A stretch of 64,000 bases of DNA from Lepidodermella squamata (GCA_047495785.1 JBLDXI010000066.1:682001-746000); one strand, 5' to 3'. Positions 22,178 to 37,100 are shown, counted from the stretch's first letter. The notes: generated by a model not told the origin, from the sequence alone. Translations and numbers: made by a program.

Positions 22178-22408
22178 CTCAAATTTAGAGCAAAAGAACT
22201 TTGAGGTGAAAAACAATGGAACGCTAAGAGGGACAAAAATATACCTACTCACCTTAATGATAGGTTATTTTTGAGGTCGAGTAAACATTGAAATAAACTG
22301 CAATTTACAGCGTCGTGATAATTACTGCCTTGAGGTTGAAAAGCTGTGCAACAAAATTGTTGAAAGAATAAACAACAAGAATACTTTTTTCTCGGAGGCT
22401 TTTCCACC

Positions 22409-23024
22409 ATGTTTCGATTGGTAATTTTCTGTATACTTCATTTTACTGTGATTATTCGTAGCCAAAACATTGATGGTGAGTTGGTATTCGTTGGAAACTG
22501 AGGAAGCTACTATTTTCTCTAATTTTTCTCAAGGTATATCCTGCCATAGAGGCACCCTTAATGGCGAGATAGTATTTGGCAATCCACTGGACTTGGCTGA
22601 GCATAATATAACAGCAGTTCACGGCTGTACTCACTGCTTGAGGACAGAATCTGTCAGCCTGGATACAGGGGTTAAAACACTAAAACTCGACTGCAGCGGC
22701 ACACAGCCTCAAGAATCCGTTAGCATGACAAAAACTTCAACAGAATACGAGGTAAAACCAATTGATATTTCGCTTTTTCCCTTAATTTTTCTTTAATTTC
22801 AATAGATTACATGTTCTTGTGTTTATCGATTCTGCAATGGTTTATCTCGTTGTGGCAATGATGATTTGTTGCCGCAATCGGCCAAGAGTGTTTTGACCAA
22901 AGTTGTCGACACTGGTGCTGGAATTTCGGGTCGTATCGCGACGGCAAACAAAGACAAATGTATCGCATTGGTCGTTGGAATGTCCCTACTATGTCCTTCC
23001 CTTGAACATTTAATCTCGGAGTAA
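22409..23024 (+). CDS. Ly6/uPAR (three-finger)-like secreted protein, 3 exons, divergent partner of the previous gene
   Basis: MFRLVIFCILHFTVIIRS signal, ISCHRG, CTHC, CSCVYRFCN; tail DKCIALVVGMSLLC parallels DKCNAIMQALTIFC. Confidence 0.7.
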
Positions 23025-23109
23025 CAAAGAAATCATGCGCTTGATTAATCTTCAAATTTGAAATAAACCCACTTTGTTTTGGCTTGGCGAGGCAGCTTGA
23101 TCGACTATC

Positions 23110-26100
23110 TTACCTTTTTCTGTACTCTTGAAGCAACAGAAGCGAAAGCAACACAAGAAAACAGAAATGCGTGGCAAATCAAATTTTCCCCGAACACGGT
23201 TTTGCTAGCCTCAACTTATTCCCCCAAAACTTACTATCACATTCAAATAGGCCAAAGTTCCACTTGCTAGCCAATCCACAATTGACGGTGATGTATCGCT
23301 GCTGATTCCATGGTGTTACCTGGAATTAAGAAAAAACTGATCAAAAATAGCAGCGACCTTAAAATCTGACTCACGGTATTATTCGGGCAGTACAGATAAG
23401 TCCAAGATGTATATGGGAAGAACGGTTTCGATTCGTTGGTGTAAGACATCAAATCCTGCCATTTGCCATTGATTAAAACTGGAACTAAACGATCCGGCTT
23501 CCTGCATCCGAGCGAGTTGATGTAAACCGAGGCCGTGATGCGACTTCCAGGCCGTGGTAATCGATTGCCGCAGTACAGCCGGCCCTCAGGGTGCGGAACC
23601 CCGGCTTTCGAATCGTCACAATCACTCGAACACTCTGATTCATCAACCAGCTGAGTTGAAACAGGTTTCGACTTCAAGCAGAAGCAGTAAGACGTGGTTA
23701 GGGCGCAATACGCTGTTTCGTTGTACATGCAGGCCTCGCGGCATAGCCGGGCAAGGTCAGCAGTTAACAGGCTGACATCCTGCCCAGCCGCAGCGCTAGA
23801 CAAGCGGAAAGCCCCGTCTTTGTAGGCAGCCGAGGAGAGATACGCCAATTCGATTGCTAGGCTGATGTCTGAAGTGTCTAGAGCCGTACATCCTCGGTAG
23901 TAGGTGCTAAGCTGGCAGCCCCGTACAGGTTGGGTGACATTAGTCGCGTTGGACGAGGCCGGTACCCAAGCGCCGGCTGTCGAGCATCGGATAGTTTGTT
24001 CATAACCGAGGAAGATCGCTGAATCATCATCGCCTATCATCAGCTCATTCCCACTCAAACAGCGATAGTTGACATAGGAGCGGAAAAATCGATAGGTCCC
24101 ATTATTTGTCGAATTGGCTACCTCTGGGAAAGGTGGGCAGCTCTTAACTGTGAAGAAATGAATGTAATATTAAGTAAAATCCAGCTTAAAACTGAATCAT
24201 ACTCGAGCATTGGAAGGGGGTAGGTTTCCACGCGTTACTTCTGGTTGAATCATCGTAAACACAATATCGCAAGGTTTCCCGGTCTTCAACCCCATATTTG
24301 ACCTCATAGCCAGGCTCTATTAGGAAAATTTGATATTACTCTTCAAAAAATACCAAGTAATATTACGGCATGATAGCTTCATCGAGCTCAAATAAGCCGG
24401 GAAAACAGGATCTGTTGTCGATGACGTAGGAGTGATTGCATACAACGCTGGGTGGAAACCTGAACAGTTTTGTCCTTGAACGTAATTTTTAGTAAATCCT
24501 CAGTTAATAAGTGTCAAGCCTTACGAGTGCAACCCTGAATCGGTGGACTCCAGGTTCCATTAGTAGCAAAGCATTTCGAAGTTATCGATAGCGAGTTGAA
24601 ACCAGACGGGCAGGTGAAGGCGTTGACAGCTTGATTTGTGAACTGGTTGTAGTAGCTATTAGCCATTGACGTTGGTATTTTATAAGTTTTCTGGTCCACA
24701 AGCGGGCAACTGGTCTCGATCCACCGTTTTTCAGCCTTCGAACACCTGAGATCGACCCTGAACCCAACACTTTGATCAGCGATTGCAGGATTAGCTGGAC
24801 AGAAGAAGAGATAGGTTGCCGAAAGGTTATACTGAAGTTGAAACGGATAATAAGCAGAATAGCCAAAATTAGGGCAGGGTGGGGTAGGCCTGGGGCATAG
24901 ATCGGCCCCGCATGGCTTAACACAGCTATGCGGTATTTTGCACACCATAGCGCGCGCTTTTGCTACAGAATCCCACATGGTCCTGATTGTAGGTGGGGAT
25001 GTGAAGGTTGTCAATAAAGAAGGCAGGTCATCGAGTTTCCCTGCAAACAAGCTCTCATTCTGCCAACGCCCTGGAGGAAGGCTATACGGCAGTGTGACAT
25101 TGTTCGCCAATCTCCAAACTGTATTATCCCACAGGACTGAAACGAAATCCTATTAAGAAGCAAACCAACATAGGAAAATTAAGCTTACAATCATTCCGCC
25201 ACGTTGAGACGTTTTTGCATGATGTCTGAAGGCCTTTGATATCTCGCAATGATAAATCGGTTGAATAGAGAGCCACGCAGGTTAGTTGGCCTCGGAAAGC
25301 TCCTAACGCGACATTGATAGCGTCGATTGATAGCGAACTGCTGAAAACGGCATTTCCACATTTAGTTGCATTCACAAACGCCCCAGCTAGTCCATTTGCA
25401 AAAACGAGCATGACATGAGTCCAAGTATTGTTCGGCAGCACACAGTCGCTCATAACGACTCTAGTGGTATTAACGTTCAACACCAGCGACAAGTTTGACA
25501 ACCCCAGGGCAAAGGAGGAACGGGGAATGTTGAGAACTATCCCATTTGCCGAATTGAGCGGTTTCACGTACATCGACAGAGTGAGGCGGCTTAGGACTGG
25601 GCTGAACCACAATTGGGTGTCATAGGAGAAATTGGACAGTCTATTGAATTCGTAAGAGCCATTTGACCAGGGTCCAGTGCCGTAGCTCATCTCGCCTGAG
25701 TCTCGAGGTTTCGAGGCAGCTGCAACGTAGTTGTTCATTACATCAGCAGCTCGGTAGTGCTCATTCAACGGCCAGTAACCAATTGCGTAATCAATGAGAT
25801 GCACGTCTTTCAGAGGCCCTATAACAAAGGATATCAGTAAAGATTCAATTGAATAAGGGTGAAATACGTGAAAATTTGCAATTCGATGAGCAATATCCTA
25901 AATTGCCGTCGCACTGCTCCCCGGCCTCCTGCCGGCCATTCCCGCAAACTGGCCTAGGCTGGGCAGGCATTTCGCAGAAGAAGCTATAGGACTGATTGAA
26001 AGCTTCCGCATTAGCCCATTGCCACTGGTATCCAACACGGTTTATACTGGCTAGGGCGTAAACATTAATGGTTTCTGCATTTGCCGTTGCCGCGTCGAAG

Positions 26101-29100
26101 ACAAATTGCGGCTGTTGCCAGTTCATGTAAACCAGGCTGGCATTCCCAGTCAGGGCCGAATCGTACCTTCCAACATACATTTTGTAGGTAAGAGGGTTCC
26201 TTGTCTGACGAACACCAGTGTAGCCTGAAATCATGATTCAATCTTAAAGGTCCTGATCATTCACTCAAAATTACCAAGCATGATAGATTCGTTTCGCTGG
26301 AGCAGTAGCGGCCTGAATGTGTTGAACAGCCACGATTCGTGGGCAGCACTGCGTGGAACTGCGACAGAAGCGCCTCTCCTACGACAGTATCGCCACACGT
26401 GGCCGTAAGCGCGGGTCACGTTGGCGAAAGGCTCGAACAGGTAGCAGTAGCCATTGTAAGGAACAAAGTCAACAGGGCAGGCTGGAAAGTAAAGGTGAGC
26501 GGGAAATTTCTAGTTTTAATAAAACTTACTACTAAAGCGACGGCAATTGTTGTACAGTTCCCATGAATCTACTATACGTCGGTGCATTGAGAAACAGGCG
26601 ATCGATCCGACTATGCCGGGGGTTGACCATGCGCCAGGCTGCCATCCAATTGTGGCGATATCACGCGACGAATTCGGAATAACAATTGCTGCTTTTGGCT
26701 GCAATTGTAAGGTTACCGATCCACTGCCTACCATACTGCACGTGACTGTCCTCGAGTTGGGATCCCATTGATAGGTTATGTAGTAAAATCTTCCGGTTTC
26801 GATGTTATTCGACACCGGCAAGGTATGCTCTGTGCCCTCGACGTGCCTTATTACAAAATAAATCGTAATCCTGGATCCTGCTGGACGTGCTGTTTCTACG
26901 GTGTCATTCAACGGCGATGGTGAAACTAGCCCGGGAGTTGGTGCCGTTGAGCGAGTAGTAAAGACTACATTCGAGTCAGCCCTCTTCTTACGCCTATTTG
27001 GGTTGGAAGCAGCTTGGCTGCCGGAAGTTTGGCTGCTTGCAACTGCAGTGATCGTGGTGTAGTAACTTATGGTTATCACTCCACTAACGTTTAGTCTGGA
27101 ATAAGGAAAGATTAACGGATGAAAATTTGAGTGATTCTATCTTACATAGAATGTGTTTGCGAGTCGAGCCGTGATATCAGCATGAAGAAACCAATCGTCA
27201 GCGGTTGATTCGGGTTGAAGTCGTAGTTCGGCCACAGTGCTCGCGGGACAAGCCTCACAGACGTCCATTGCGTGAACTGAGCCGTCTCAGCATTGACAAT
27301 CCACCGCTGCCTGTTCACTGCAGTGTCGTAGAGCCCGCCGAAGGAGTAGGTCAAATTGCCGTAGACTAACTCGCCAATTCCTCGTTCGTAACCAGCATCC
27401 TCTAGACGGTACTGATCGGTCAAAGGCCAGAGCCCGATAAGGTCGTTAGCTGCTGGGAATTTGGCAAGATTCCGGCCTTCGAGGCGACAACGGGGTGAAC
27501 ATCCGTCGCCTGCCATCGAATTACCGTCGTCGCACTCTTCGAAGTTCGAACGCACTCCGTCTCCACAAGACTCGGCCCCGGATGACACCATGCGTTCGCA
27601 CGACTCGCGAAACGATGCCCGGAGATTGAAGGTCACGGGTTGATTATACAGGGCAGCACAAGCGACTGGACCCATGAGTCCACGACCGATCCGCAACACA
27701 AGGTCAGAGCTCATCCCAGTCAGATTAACCTAGAAAAATAATTACATATGTGAGGTGTGATGCTCGTAACTAACCTGGCCTGCCCAGTTGTTTAGCGGGC
27801 CGTAGTCTGACAAGATTCGAATATGCGTGCTATTGACGTTGATCGCAAGAACCTGCCACTTGTCGAGAATCACTTTAGCTAACGAGTCATTGCCAGAGCC
27901 GAAGTAGTATGGTGCAATGGCCTCTTGAGTCCCTTCGTTCAAGAGGGCATCTCTTTCGTTCGCAGAATCACCGGAAATGAACCCGATCCAGTTGTCATAG
28001 GACGGGTAGCAAAACCTTCCCGGGGGCCAAGTTGTGATATTACTCACCGCAGCTTTTCGCGGCACCATTTCAAAGAAGCACGCGCGAAAAGGTGAGTACC
28101 AAGCTTGCAAGACTGTATCGAAAGTTGACGGTTTGGCATATATTAGAAACGAGAAAGGGACTCCCAGCTTCAAGCTTCCCATTACGTTCGTTAGATCGTG
28201 GAAATTGCTGTACACGAAACGGCATAATTTAAGCAATCAAATTAGCAATGTGAAGTGAAATAGTGGAAGAAGAACGATCCGTATCAATTAAGGATGGTTT
28301 TTACTACGTCCAGCCTAACCAAAAATCTCGCTCAAACTTCGTCATATATGCAATTTCGAATTTTCCTGAATTCCGACACTATATTATCGGCACAAATTCA
28401 GAAACTTCAGAGCTGGAAAAACTCTGTTACACATTAAGACCCAACTTATTATGAAATCGGAATTGCGGATAGCGAGTATAAAACATCGAAATACGTACTA
28501 ATTAGTGAAGTAGGCTACACGAGCCGTTAGTGACCATGGAACTGAGGTGAAAGTTGGCACGCCGCCAACAAATCCGCCATGACGTTCAAGTCCGCTAACA
28601 TCCGGCTCGAGAATCCGATCCTCAGAGTAGACCCAAAAGCCAAGAGCAAACGTCGCCCATGGGTAAAGCTTTACCAAAGCAGCGCGGTAAAGTTGCGCCT
28701 GACTGGCGTAGTATTCTGTCTTAGGCACCAGCAACCCGGCTATGTCAGTCAATTCAGTGGAAGTTTCCACGTAAACTGGCGAAGCTGGTTGCGGCAGCGA
28801 CGTAGCGCAAATAGAGAATGGGTCTCCCCAGTTAGCAACTGGTCGCTCGCTGATGTGGTAACAATTTCCCCGCCATTTCACAAAGCCAATAGGGCAGCAG
28901 TTTGCCGACTCGATTTGGCACAAATCGGAGCAGCCGTCTAGCGAATCAGTATTGCCATCATCACACTCCTCGTCAACTTCAACCACCCCGTTGCCGCATT
29001 GCCCAGAGAAACCTTGAGTTCCCAAAGTTGAGTAATCAGTGCAAACGGGTCGCAGGGTCATCATATCAGTCTCGTCGAGTAGGGTTGAGTAAAAAGCAAG

Positions 29101-32100
29101 GCATTTAACAACCAGAGTCGAGTTAGGTGCATTTGCGTATACCCCAACAGGACCTGTTAAGGTAAGTGGTAGCTGAATCCTTTCGAAGAAGCTGAAATTT
29201 GCGATTTGATTGTTGATATAAAGCCTGGCAATCAGGCTGTCCAAATCAAAGGTGAAAGTGATGTGGGCAGGCATAGCGATTCCAGATAGGCTGCAAGTAA
29301 GCTGCTGAGGATTAAAGATAACCTGGAAGCGAAATATTTTAACAATGGAAATCCAGCTTAACAATTGAAAATTGAATTTCTCACATCTCTTTGCAGACTA
29401 ATGATTAAGCTGGATTCTGTGACATTCATCAAGAAGGACGCATTAGGGCCGATTGTTAGCAAGCGGAAAGGTTCAATAGCATCTGGAAGGAACGAATTAT
29501 CCAGGTAAAAGGAAATGCTGATCGCCTTGGTTATGTTGAAGCTATCTTGAGAGAATTCTTCACTGACGTAAGCTGTATCATTCGGAGGGAATGATACCCA
29601 CTCGTAATTATTTCGAGATCGATCGATTGGGCCGTAAATACCCGTGAAAGGCCAATATGCAAGCAGGGACTCGACTTTCGGTAAAGCAGCTGCAAAAAGA
29701 CATCAATCCGAGTTTATAATCGGAAAATTGAACTTACAGTACAAGACATTTGCTGGTCGCAACTCATCAATTGGCTGGCCTATCAGTGAGCAATTAACAG
29801 CTCGAAGGCCGGTGATTAGCCCAGCAATGTCGATGGCAACACAGCCACTTGAGGATTCAATAGCCGGCTCCCCAGGTAGCCAAAATGAGTCATCAACAGC
29901 GGCGCCAGACTGCGACCAGAAAAAGTTGCCCTTATTTATATCAAATGCAGCCCCAAGCCAAAAATAACGCCGGGATACGATCTCAGGGGGCGTCGCGAGT
30001 TTCAGAGCATCAGCTATCACTGTAAAGACATCCGGGTCTGAGAGTTGGGCGAGTTTCCTATTCCCCCGATTTCGGGCCGAAAACCCATTCACTGCGTCGG
30101 CTGAGAAGGAGTAGCAAGTCCCGCCAAGGCTGAGTGCGTTAGACCCGCATTCACTCGTGTTCGCAGTGGATCGAAGCACGCAAGCGTCAACACATCGATC
30201 TATGCCGGTCCAAGTCCCATCGACCTGGCAGGTGATGGCGGTTGTATTTAGGCCGGATGAAATGAAAACCCAGTTGGGATCCGAGCACTGGAGGTTTGCT
30301 GTAGCGCCTGGGTAGTAGGTCGGCTCCGTACAATCGAAATACATTCGTAGCTGATTTTGCTCTGAAACACTCGGGATAGGGCAAAGGGGTGCTAAAATTA
30401 GAGATAAATCAGGACATTTCTTAACAAGTCCAAACATTGCTATGGGAGTGGCTCACAGTAAGCAGCTGGTTTAGCAGCTTGCGAAACATTCAGACGCCTA
30501 GTTGTTGGGCTTGAAGCTGAGATTTTGCATGCAGTCTGGTAAGAGCTACTACAGTCGCCCATTTGAAGCTGATTATTAGCATCCAGATAGGTACATTGAT
30601 CTAAATTTCTTGGATCAGCAATTGCGGGATGTTAACTCTAAACTTTACTTTCAACACATAGCGGCAAGTCACTCCAACCGGTCGAGTTCATGCAAGCGAT
30701 TTGTTTATTCACAGCTAGGTCCAAGAAGCGAAAATTCCCATCACAACGAATCGTTATGACAGCCTCTGTGTGCGCAAAAACCTTACAAGGCTTCATATTC
30801 AAAAATTTTAAGGCTTACGGTTAAATTTGTTCGAGTTGAAAACTGCATCGATAGTTGGCTTTACCCAAGCGTTGGTGGAATAATTGTAGATTTGGTAGCC
30901 ATTTATCAACAACTGGCGACCGCTGCATTTGGCTCCGGTATTCGGGTTATTCTTACTTTCTGCCTGGCCGTAGTTTGAGGTGCTATCTATATGACAGCCT
31001 GGGTTTAGCGGTCGTTCGCACACGAAAAACCGATTCTTAGTGCAGTTGTCTGCGTACCACAGCCCGTCGATTGAGTTGAAGAAGTAGCACGACCCGGGTT
31101 GTGTTGAGGTTGCAGTCGGGGCTAGGTTGTCATATTTCGTTGGCAATGTAACGTCCTCGTCCGTGTAAGACCACATAGGCCGAGTCATAATGTTGAAGAC
31201 TAGGGAAGAGCGAACATAAACGTAGTCTCAGTAAACAAGGTGGAACAAACTGTTTGGTATTGAATCTCCGGCCACTGAGCACAAAGCGTTGAAGTTAGAT
31301 GTGTTGTAGAGTACCCGGCATGCAGGGTCGTCAGACATTAGCCATATGACCCAAGTCTTGTCTGCTCTTACTCCAAATGACGCGAAATAGTTACCTCTAG
31401 GTGGGTCTATATTGCAGAAATCGAAAACACTGGCATTCGCAAGTACAGCGCTGACAAAGGACGAGTTCGATGGCGAGGATTTGTCATCAGCCCAGAAGAA
31501 ATTCAAGACACTGAGTGGCAATTGCCGGAAAGGCCTCATACTGCCCTCTGGCACAAGCTGCGAGCCATCAGGCCACGCGGTGACTGTGGGAGACAACTGA
31601 AGCAGTGACGGGAATATATACCAGTGTCGACCTCCGGGCGGCACATATGTCGCAAAGCCGAGATTCAGCAGAGTCGACGCAATATAGCTGGCCTTTTCAA
31701 TCACGATTTTATAACTGAAAGCAACAAATTACCAGGGCTTACTTGACTGGCAGTGTCAATGCGCAGCCAGTTTGATGTCGAGTCGTTACAGATCTGCTGA
31801 TAATTTGACAAAAGTGACGTATACCAGACAGATGGTCTGAAACATCTCCCTTCAACGGGCACGTAATCGAGCGGACAATCTATGTCTAAAATCTTACATG
31901 CCTTATTGCTTTCAGGCGATCAATTTTCAGCTTACATTTAGAAACCACGTCTCGCCAAACAGCGGTGTTCGGCTCGATAACTGGCTCTGCCTGGCACAGA
32001 GAAAACGATGGACTGTATTTATTATCTGCGACTGAGTCGATGAGCAAATAAGCTCGATTCCAGTGAGCTACCGCCGGTAGCGAGACTCTCACAGTCTCGT

Positions 32101-35100
32101 TAGGCCACGAGTCATTGTAAGCGCTGTTCCCCACGTCAATCGGCATGCCATTGGCCCATTGCAAGTAAAGAGGCGCCAGAACTGGGTCTCGGACGTTGAT
32201 TGTTTGGGTTGCTGTTGCCCGGGAGAACAGGCCTATCGCCAAGCTCCATGTTGCATTGCTAGCTACAGCCTGAATGAAAGTGGCCTGGGCCTTATTCGCC
32301 ACAACGGGGAGAAAACCGCGAGAAAGGTTCGCACACAATTGCGCATGTACATTGTAACGCAGACCACTTGAAACGTAAACTAACCGATAACACGTATCCG
32401 CAGCAGGCACGTAGAAGTAACCATCAGGACATCGAACTGAAATAAACAGGATAACACTTTAGAATCAATGTAATTTAATTGCCCATCTCATGATAAAGTT
32501 GTCATATAAATATGAAAAATGTTTACCTTGCCGATGCACCAAACTTATCCAAAACTTGTCGTACATATCAGTCAAAACACCGAACAACGCAGAGTTTTCG
32601 TCCGCCGTCTCAATGTGGGCCAGGTAACCACCCATGCCGTAACACGTATCCATTGCATACTGCCAAGTACCAATATTTTCCATACCTAGAATATAGCAAA
32701 TCAACTGGAAGTTCTCAGGCTTTCGCATGGATCAAACCTGGGACCCAGATGCAAGTGTTTTGGAATACGGCCCAGTCGTCAGGGCACGGGCTTGTGCAAA
32801 CGCCAAATGGCTTGCTCTCGCAGATCAGCGAACCCATAGACAGGGAAAAGTCTGTACTGGTGCCTGGGTATGATGTCAACATTCCATCTCGACCGATCCC
32901 TAGGAACCGTTCTGCATTACTCCGCAAGGGGTTCACATATTGGCCGAGTCCAAGCAGGGGAGACAATGGTTCGTCATCAATAGGCCAATATCGCTTGCTG
33001 AAATCAGCCGGATTTCCCATGCTGAAAGTAAGGAAGTTGTTCGTTGGCAACACAGTCCAATTCATGCCATGCCGGTAGAATTCCTTTGTGGCGAAGCACG
33101 ATTTGAATGTTGAACAACCTCGACCTGGCGTGAGCCGTTGTTGACCGATTGCCGCTCGAAAATACCGAGCGAAAAGCATTTCCTCCTTAGAAAAAGAATT
33201 CGTGAAATCAAATTAAGGGGATTTATTGAAAAATGCCTCTGAATTGATGCTAATCGGCCAAGCGGAACCGTGGCGCCACCGGTCACGTGACTCAACATGG
33301 CACCGATAATTAGCCGCGTAGAAATTCAATGGGGTGGCGAAAGAGAAATAAGGTGTAGTAGTGCGGTAACAGCTCGAGCCGAACATAGTCCAGCCATTGG
33401 GGCAAACGCGTGCCATCGTGCTTCGATGCAAATAATTCCGTTCGATGGCGTATTTTGGAGTATCGAACCCGGAGCATTGATCAGTCAACCACATATAGTT
33501 GTCCGATTTACCACTCATGTAAACGCAAGAGGCGTTGTTTTGTGGGTCCAGCATTTCAGCACCGGTTTGCTCTAGGGATTGGCCGCTGTTAGGCTCACGT
33601 AAGTCGGCGTTCCAAACCCAAGATGCCAGCTCACCTTCGGTTAATGAATTATTTGGCTGGAGGCCGAGCCACAGCTTAACGTTTTGGTGCCGGATAAACG
33701 TTGCCCGAATGTGCTGAAGAAAATGTAACTCCAGCCAGGACTCAATACTGATCATCTGCCCGTTATCAATTCTGTTTGCATCTGAATTTCTCAAGGTATT
33801 CCAGTCTCTTGTTGAATCAGTACTCACTAAAAACACCAGAAATGGATACATCGAACTTGGAGATTCAAACCGTCCCTCTGATCCCAGAGAGGCTAAAACA
33901 AAAATTGCTTATCTGTTTCACCCGGAATTACACCGAAAAAAATCAATATATTGTCGGTAAATGTTTCGATTTTTAGGCTTCTTTTTCGTAGTCAATTCCA
34001 ATTTTATGATCACAGACCATGTATATTCTGCTAACCCCCAAGTAAGCAGTAAATTAACCAAGTCAGATTTTTTTGCTTACTTCCGTAACAGTGACCGCCA
34101 AAGTAGAACCAATCCCTGCTCGTGCGCTCGCAAGCAACGGCTACCCCAAGTGGGTATAACGGCACAGGGCTTGGAATGCGGATATCGCAAATGAATGCTG
34201 AAATCAGCCGAGAGCTGCAATTCTGTTGGTACCAAAAGCCATTCCGTGCAGCCATCGCAAGGCAAAGATCGGGTATGATGCCGCTGTTATTGATGTAGGC
34301 TTCGAAGAACGGTGAGTATCCGGGCCAATCCATGTAAATAGTTTCGGCGTTTCTATACCTATGGGTTGATGAGATGAGTATTATGCAAGCTTATTCGATC
34401 CAAATATTATATAGTTAAGGTTATGATTCAGGTAATTCATCCTGATATCAAAAAAGCTCAATGAGTTTATATGAAATTATTTACCACCATGCTTGGTTAC
34501 CCCCAGTCGTGCGGGCGTTGATCCAAGCCCAATTGATGCCATTTTGTAAGAGCCACTGCTGAAGTATCATATTCTGCTCGAAAGTGAAAATCTGCGCGAT
34601 ATTGGCGCCAAATCGCTGGGCGCACTGACCTGCCGCTTCTGCCCACGTCGCGTTGTAATTCGTAACAACTCGATAGCAATGGCCTAATACGTACAGCCAC
34701 CCAGCATAGCATGACGTTTGATTCAGCCACATAGTTCGAAGTGGGGCGTTGAACTGCCGTCGGTAGTTGGCGATGAACGAGTAGTCATCCTCGGTTGCTA
34801 GGGACATTACAGAAGCTCGGCCGACGTTGGCACAGTTGGTCACCGCAGTGCTCATTGTCCCCATGAGCGAGGCTTGGTTATTTGCGCCAATGTACCTATC
34901 CCGTAAATCAATGACTTTCTATTCACTAAACAGCGAGTGAACTCACCACAAGGTTTCGCCACGGCGGATCCAGTTGAAGAACACGTGGGGCCAACTGCCC
35001 CAATAAGTACCGTTGTACCTTGGCGCCAGAGAGCATGATGAGGGTAGGATAGTCACAGTCCCAATACGTGTGTTCGGGTTCATAGCCATAGAATCAGTGA

Positions 35101-37100
35101 GATAGGCGAACCCAGAGGTCGTCAAATAGCCGGAAGGAGAGTTAGCAGCAGTCTGGGTAAGACTGAGCAAACGCCCATCCGGCCAGTAAATATGGCCGTG
35201 TATGTTAGAAAGGGTTGGGCCGTAGTAAACTCCAGGCATCATTGTCGAAAGGCTAAGGTATGAATCACGGCCTTCTAGCGACACCCCGGCGAATTCGGTT
35301 AATGTAGGCGGGCGTGGCGAGGAAGTTGTGATTCGAAGGCAAGCCGATGAACCATCCGGAGCTGTAATTTGGGCCGAGCCTCTAGAGCAGCAAGATTGCC
35401 TATGCTCACAGATGCTTGTGAGGTTTTCGGTGCAAAGGCCTAACGTGGTTTTCTGAAGCTGGGCCGAGAAGCGAACGCAATATATTATATCCGGGACAGA
35501 TGAATATGATGCGAACGCGAAGCTGTTATTGCCATCGAGCGGAACTGTGACTATGCGGTTCCTCACGTCCACCACTGTGGCAATTCATTAAACTCTGAAA
35601 AAGAAAATCGAAACAACTCACGTGGGCCCCACATGTAGGTGACGCCAACCGGTGCGGGGGTTATGGCCGGGGTGTAGTAGCCGAGATGGAGGTCACTAGT
35701 AATACGAGCCCGTTTAACTGCCGCGATTATCAGTGCCCAAGCCATGTCGTTCAAATTAAAGTTGATCGGACTTGCGAGTACTGCGCCTTGAGCTTCACAT
35801 GCAAGTTGAGCCTCAAAGAAACTCGTCGATCTGTTGTTCACCGTATAAATGGCTCTAGCATCCGCCAAAGCATCGCAATCATTTACTGCAATTTCAATGG
35901 CTAAAATCGGTCGAAAATAGGTTTCACATCAACTTACGAGTTGCTGGAATGTAAGACCGTTTTCTGACCATCATTCGAACTTCGGTAATTCGATCCGTGT
36001 AGTTCGTGACTTGCAGGGCAGTTCCGATCGAACTGGCGCAAGTGCCATCCCACCATCCTGTTGTAGCCGAGCCGCAATTCGGTAGCGGAGCGTCCGAGGT
36101 CGCGAAAGCCCCGCATGCAGTGATCGACCCTCCCGTGCAGTTGAACAACGGCGGCAGGCCACTTGGGTTGCAGATCAGATTCATTGTTCCTCCGTTCGGA
36201 GGCGAGATGGCGTAACGGTCCCCAGGCGATCCAATGACAAAGTTGTCGAACATTTGCCAGGAGTAACGACCAACACTGTCTGTTATCTCGACTACAAGGC
36301 TGAATCCAGGCTGCCCAGCTAGGTAGAACAGCTTGTCATTTCCGAGCCAAAAATTTCCGGATAGCTGGCCGAAACCGGCTTTGTAGTCAGCCCAGGGTCT
36401 TTCGAATGAAACAGGGCTTGAGCTAAGAGTTGATCGTTTCATGATAACTGTCCAACCTCCGCCTGTTTCAAAATCAAGGTTTGAACAACTTGGAAAGGAG
36501 GTTGATATCCTTACCGAATTTATCCATCTCGCAAGGGACAGGGAAAGCCGATGCCATGGTGTTTGGCTGGATCTGGTACGTTCCACTTGGCGAAGCTCCA
36601 TTCGCAAGTAGAATCTGTTCACAGTCCGGCGGAGCTGAAACCGTGCATGCTGGAAGGACTGAAATAGGAACAAAACTATTTTCATCATTTTATTCAAATT
36701 ATTATAGTTTTTTTCTGAATTGAATCCCTGATTCTCAAAGCAATTTGGAACCTTCAAAAATTCTCTCAGATATTCGCTATAATCTGACTGAAATTTCGAA
36801 TTTTTGTGAATTTCCAAAATAATTGACGTTCTAAGGAAAGTTTTTGGTAACTTCGAAGCTCGGGTCTCCAATTTAATACTTGAACCATGAAGTTAGTACG
36901 TTCCGTTAGCATGGTTTAGAGAATTTGGTTGAAATTAGGGCAAATTCTCATTTTCCTATCTTTGAGAAATAAGACTTATGTTTTAAAGGTTTCCTAGAAT
37001 CAACTGTTTTGTTAAGAAATTGCATACCTATTTCCACTTCCAGAGCCATAATAAGCATAAAAGAGTGAATTGCCCGCCTAAGCAGGCCAAAATCACTCAT
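23110..37100 (-). CDS. Giant mosaic extracellular protein: fibrinogen-related domain, multiple C-type lectin-like, sushi/CCP, LamG/pentraxin-like, CGxG..ExCDDGN repeats, WSC; >25 exons
   Basis: FReD GGGWTVIMKR..W.DYKAGFG...FWLGND; CTL NYNATWAEAAGQC, YLAHIETADEN, FWLPGEP; LamG IGYWPLNE..NTWTHV..FRGQLTCVALY; WSC YRGC..LCREAC..YCFC..EC..C; same-strand exons separated by short introns. First exon (37100-37028) and 3' end (~23110-23240) tentative. Confidence 0.8.
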
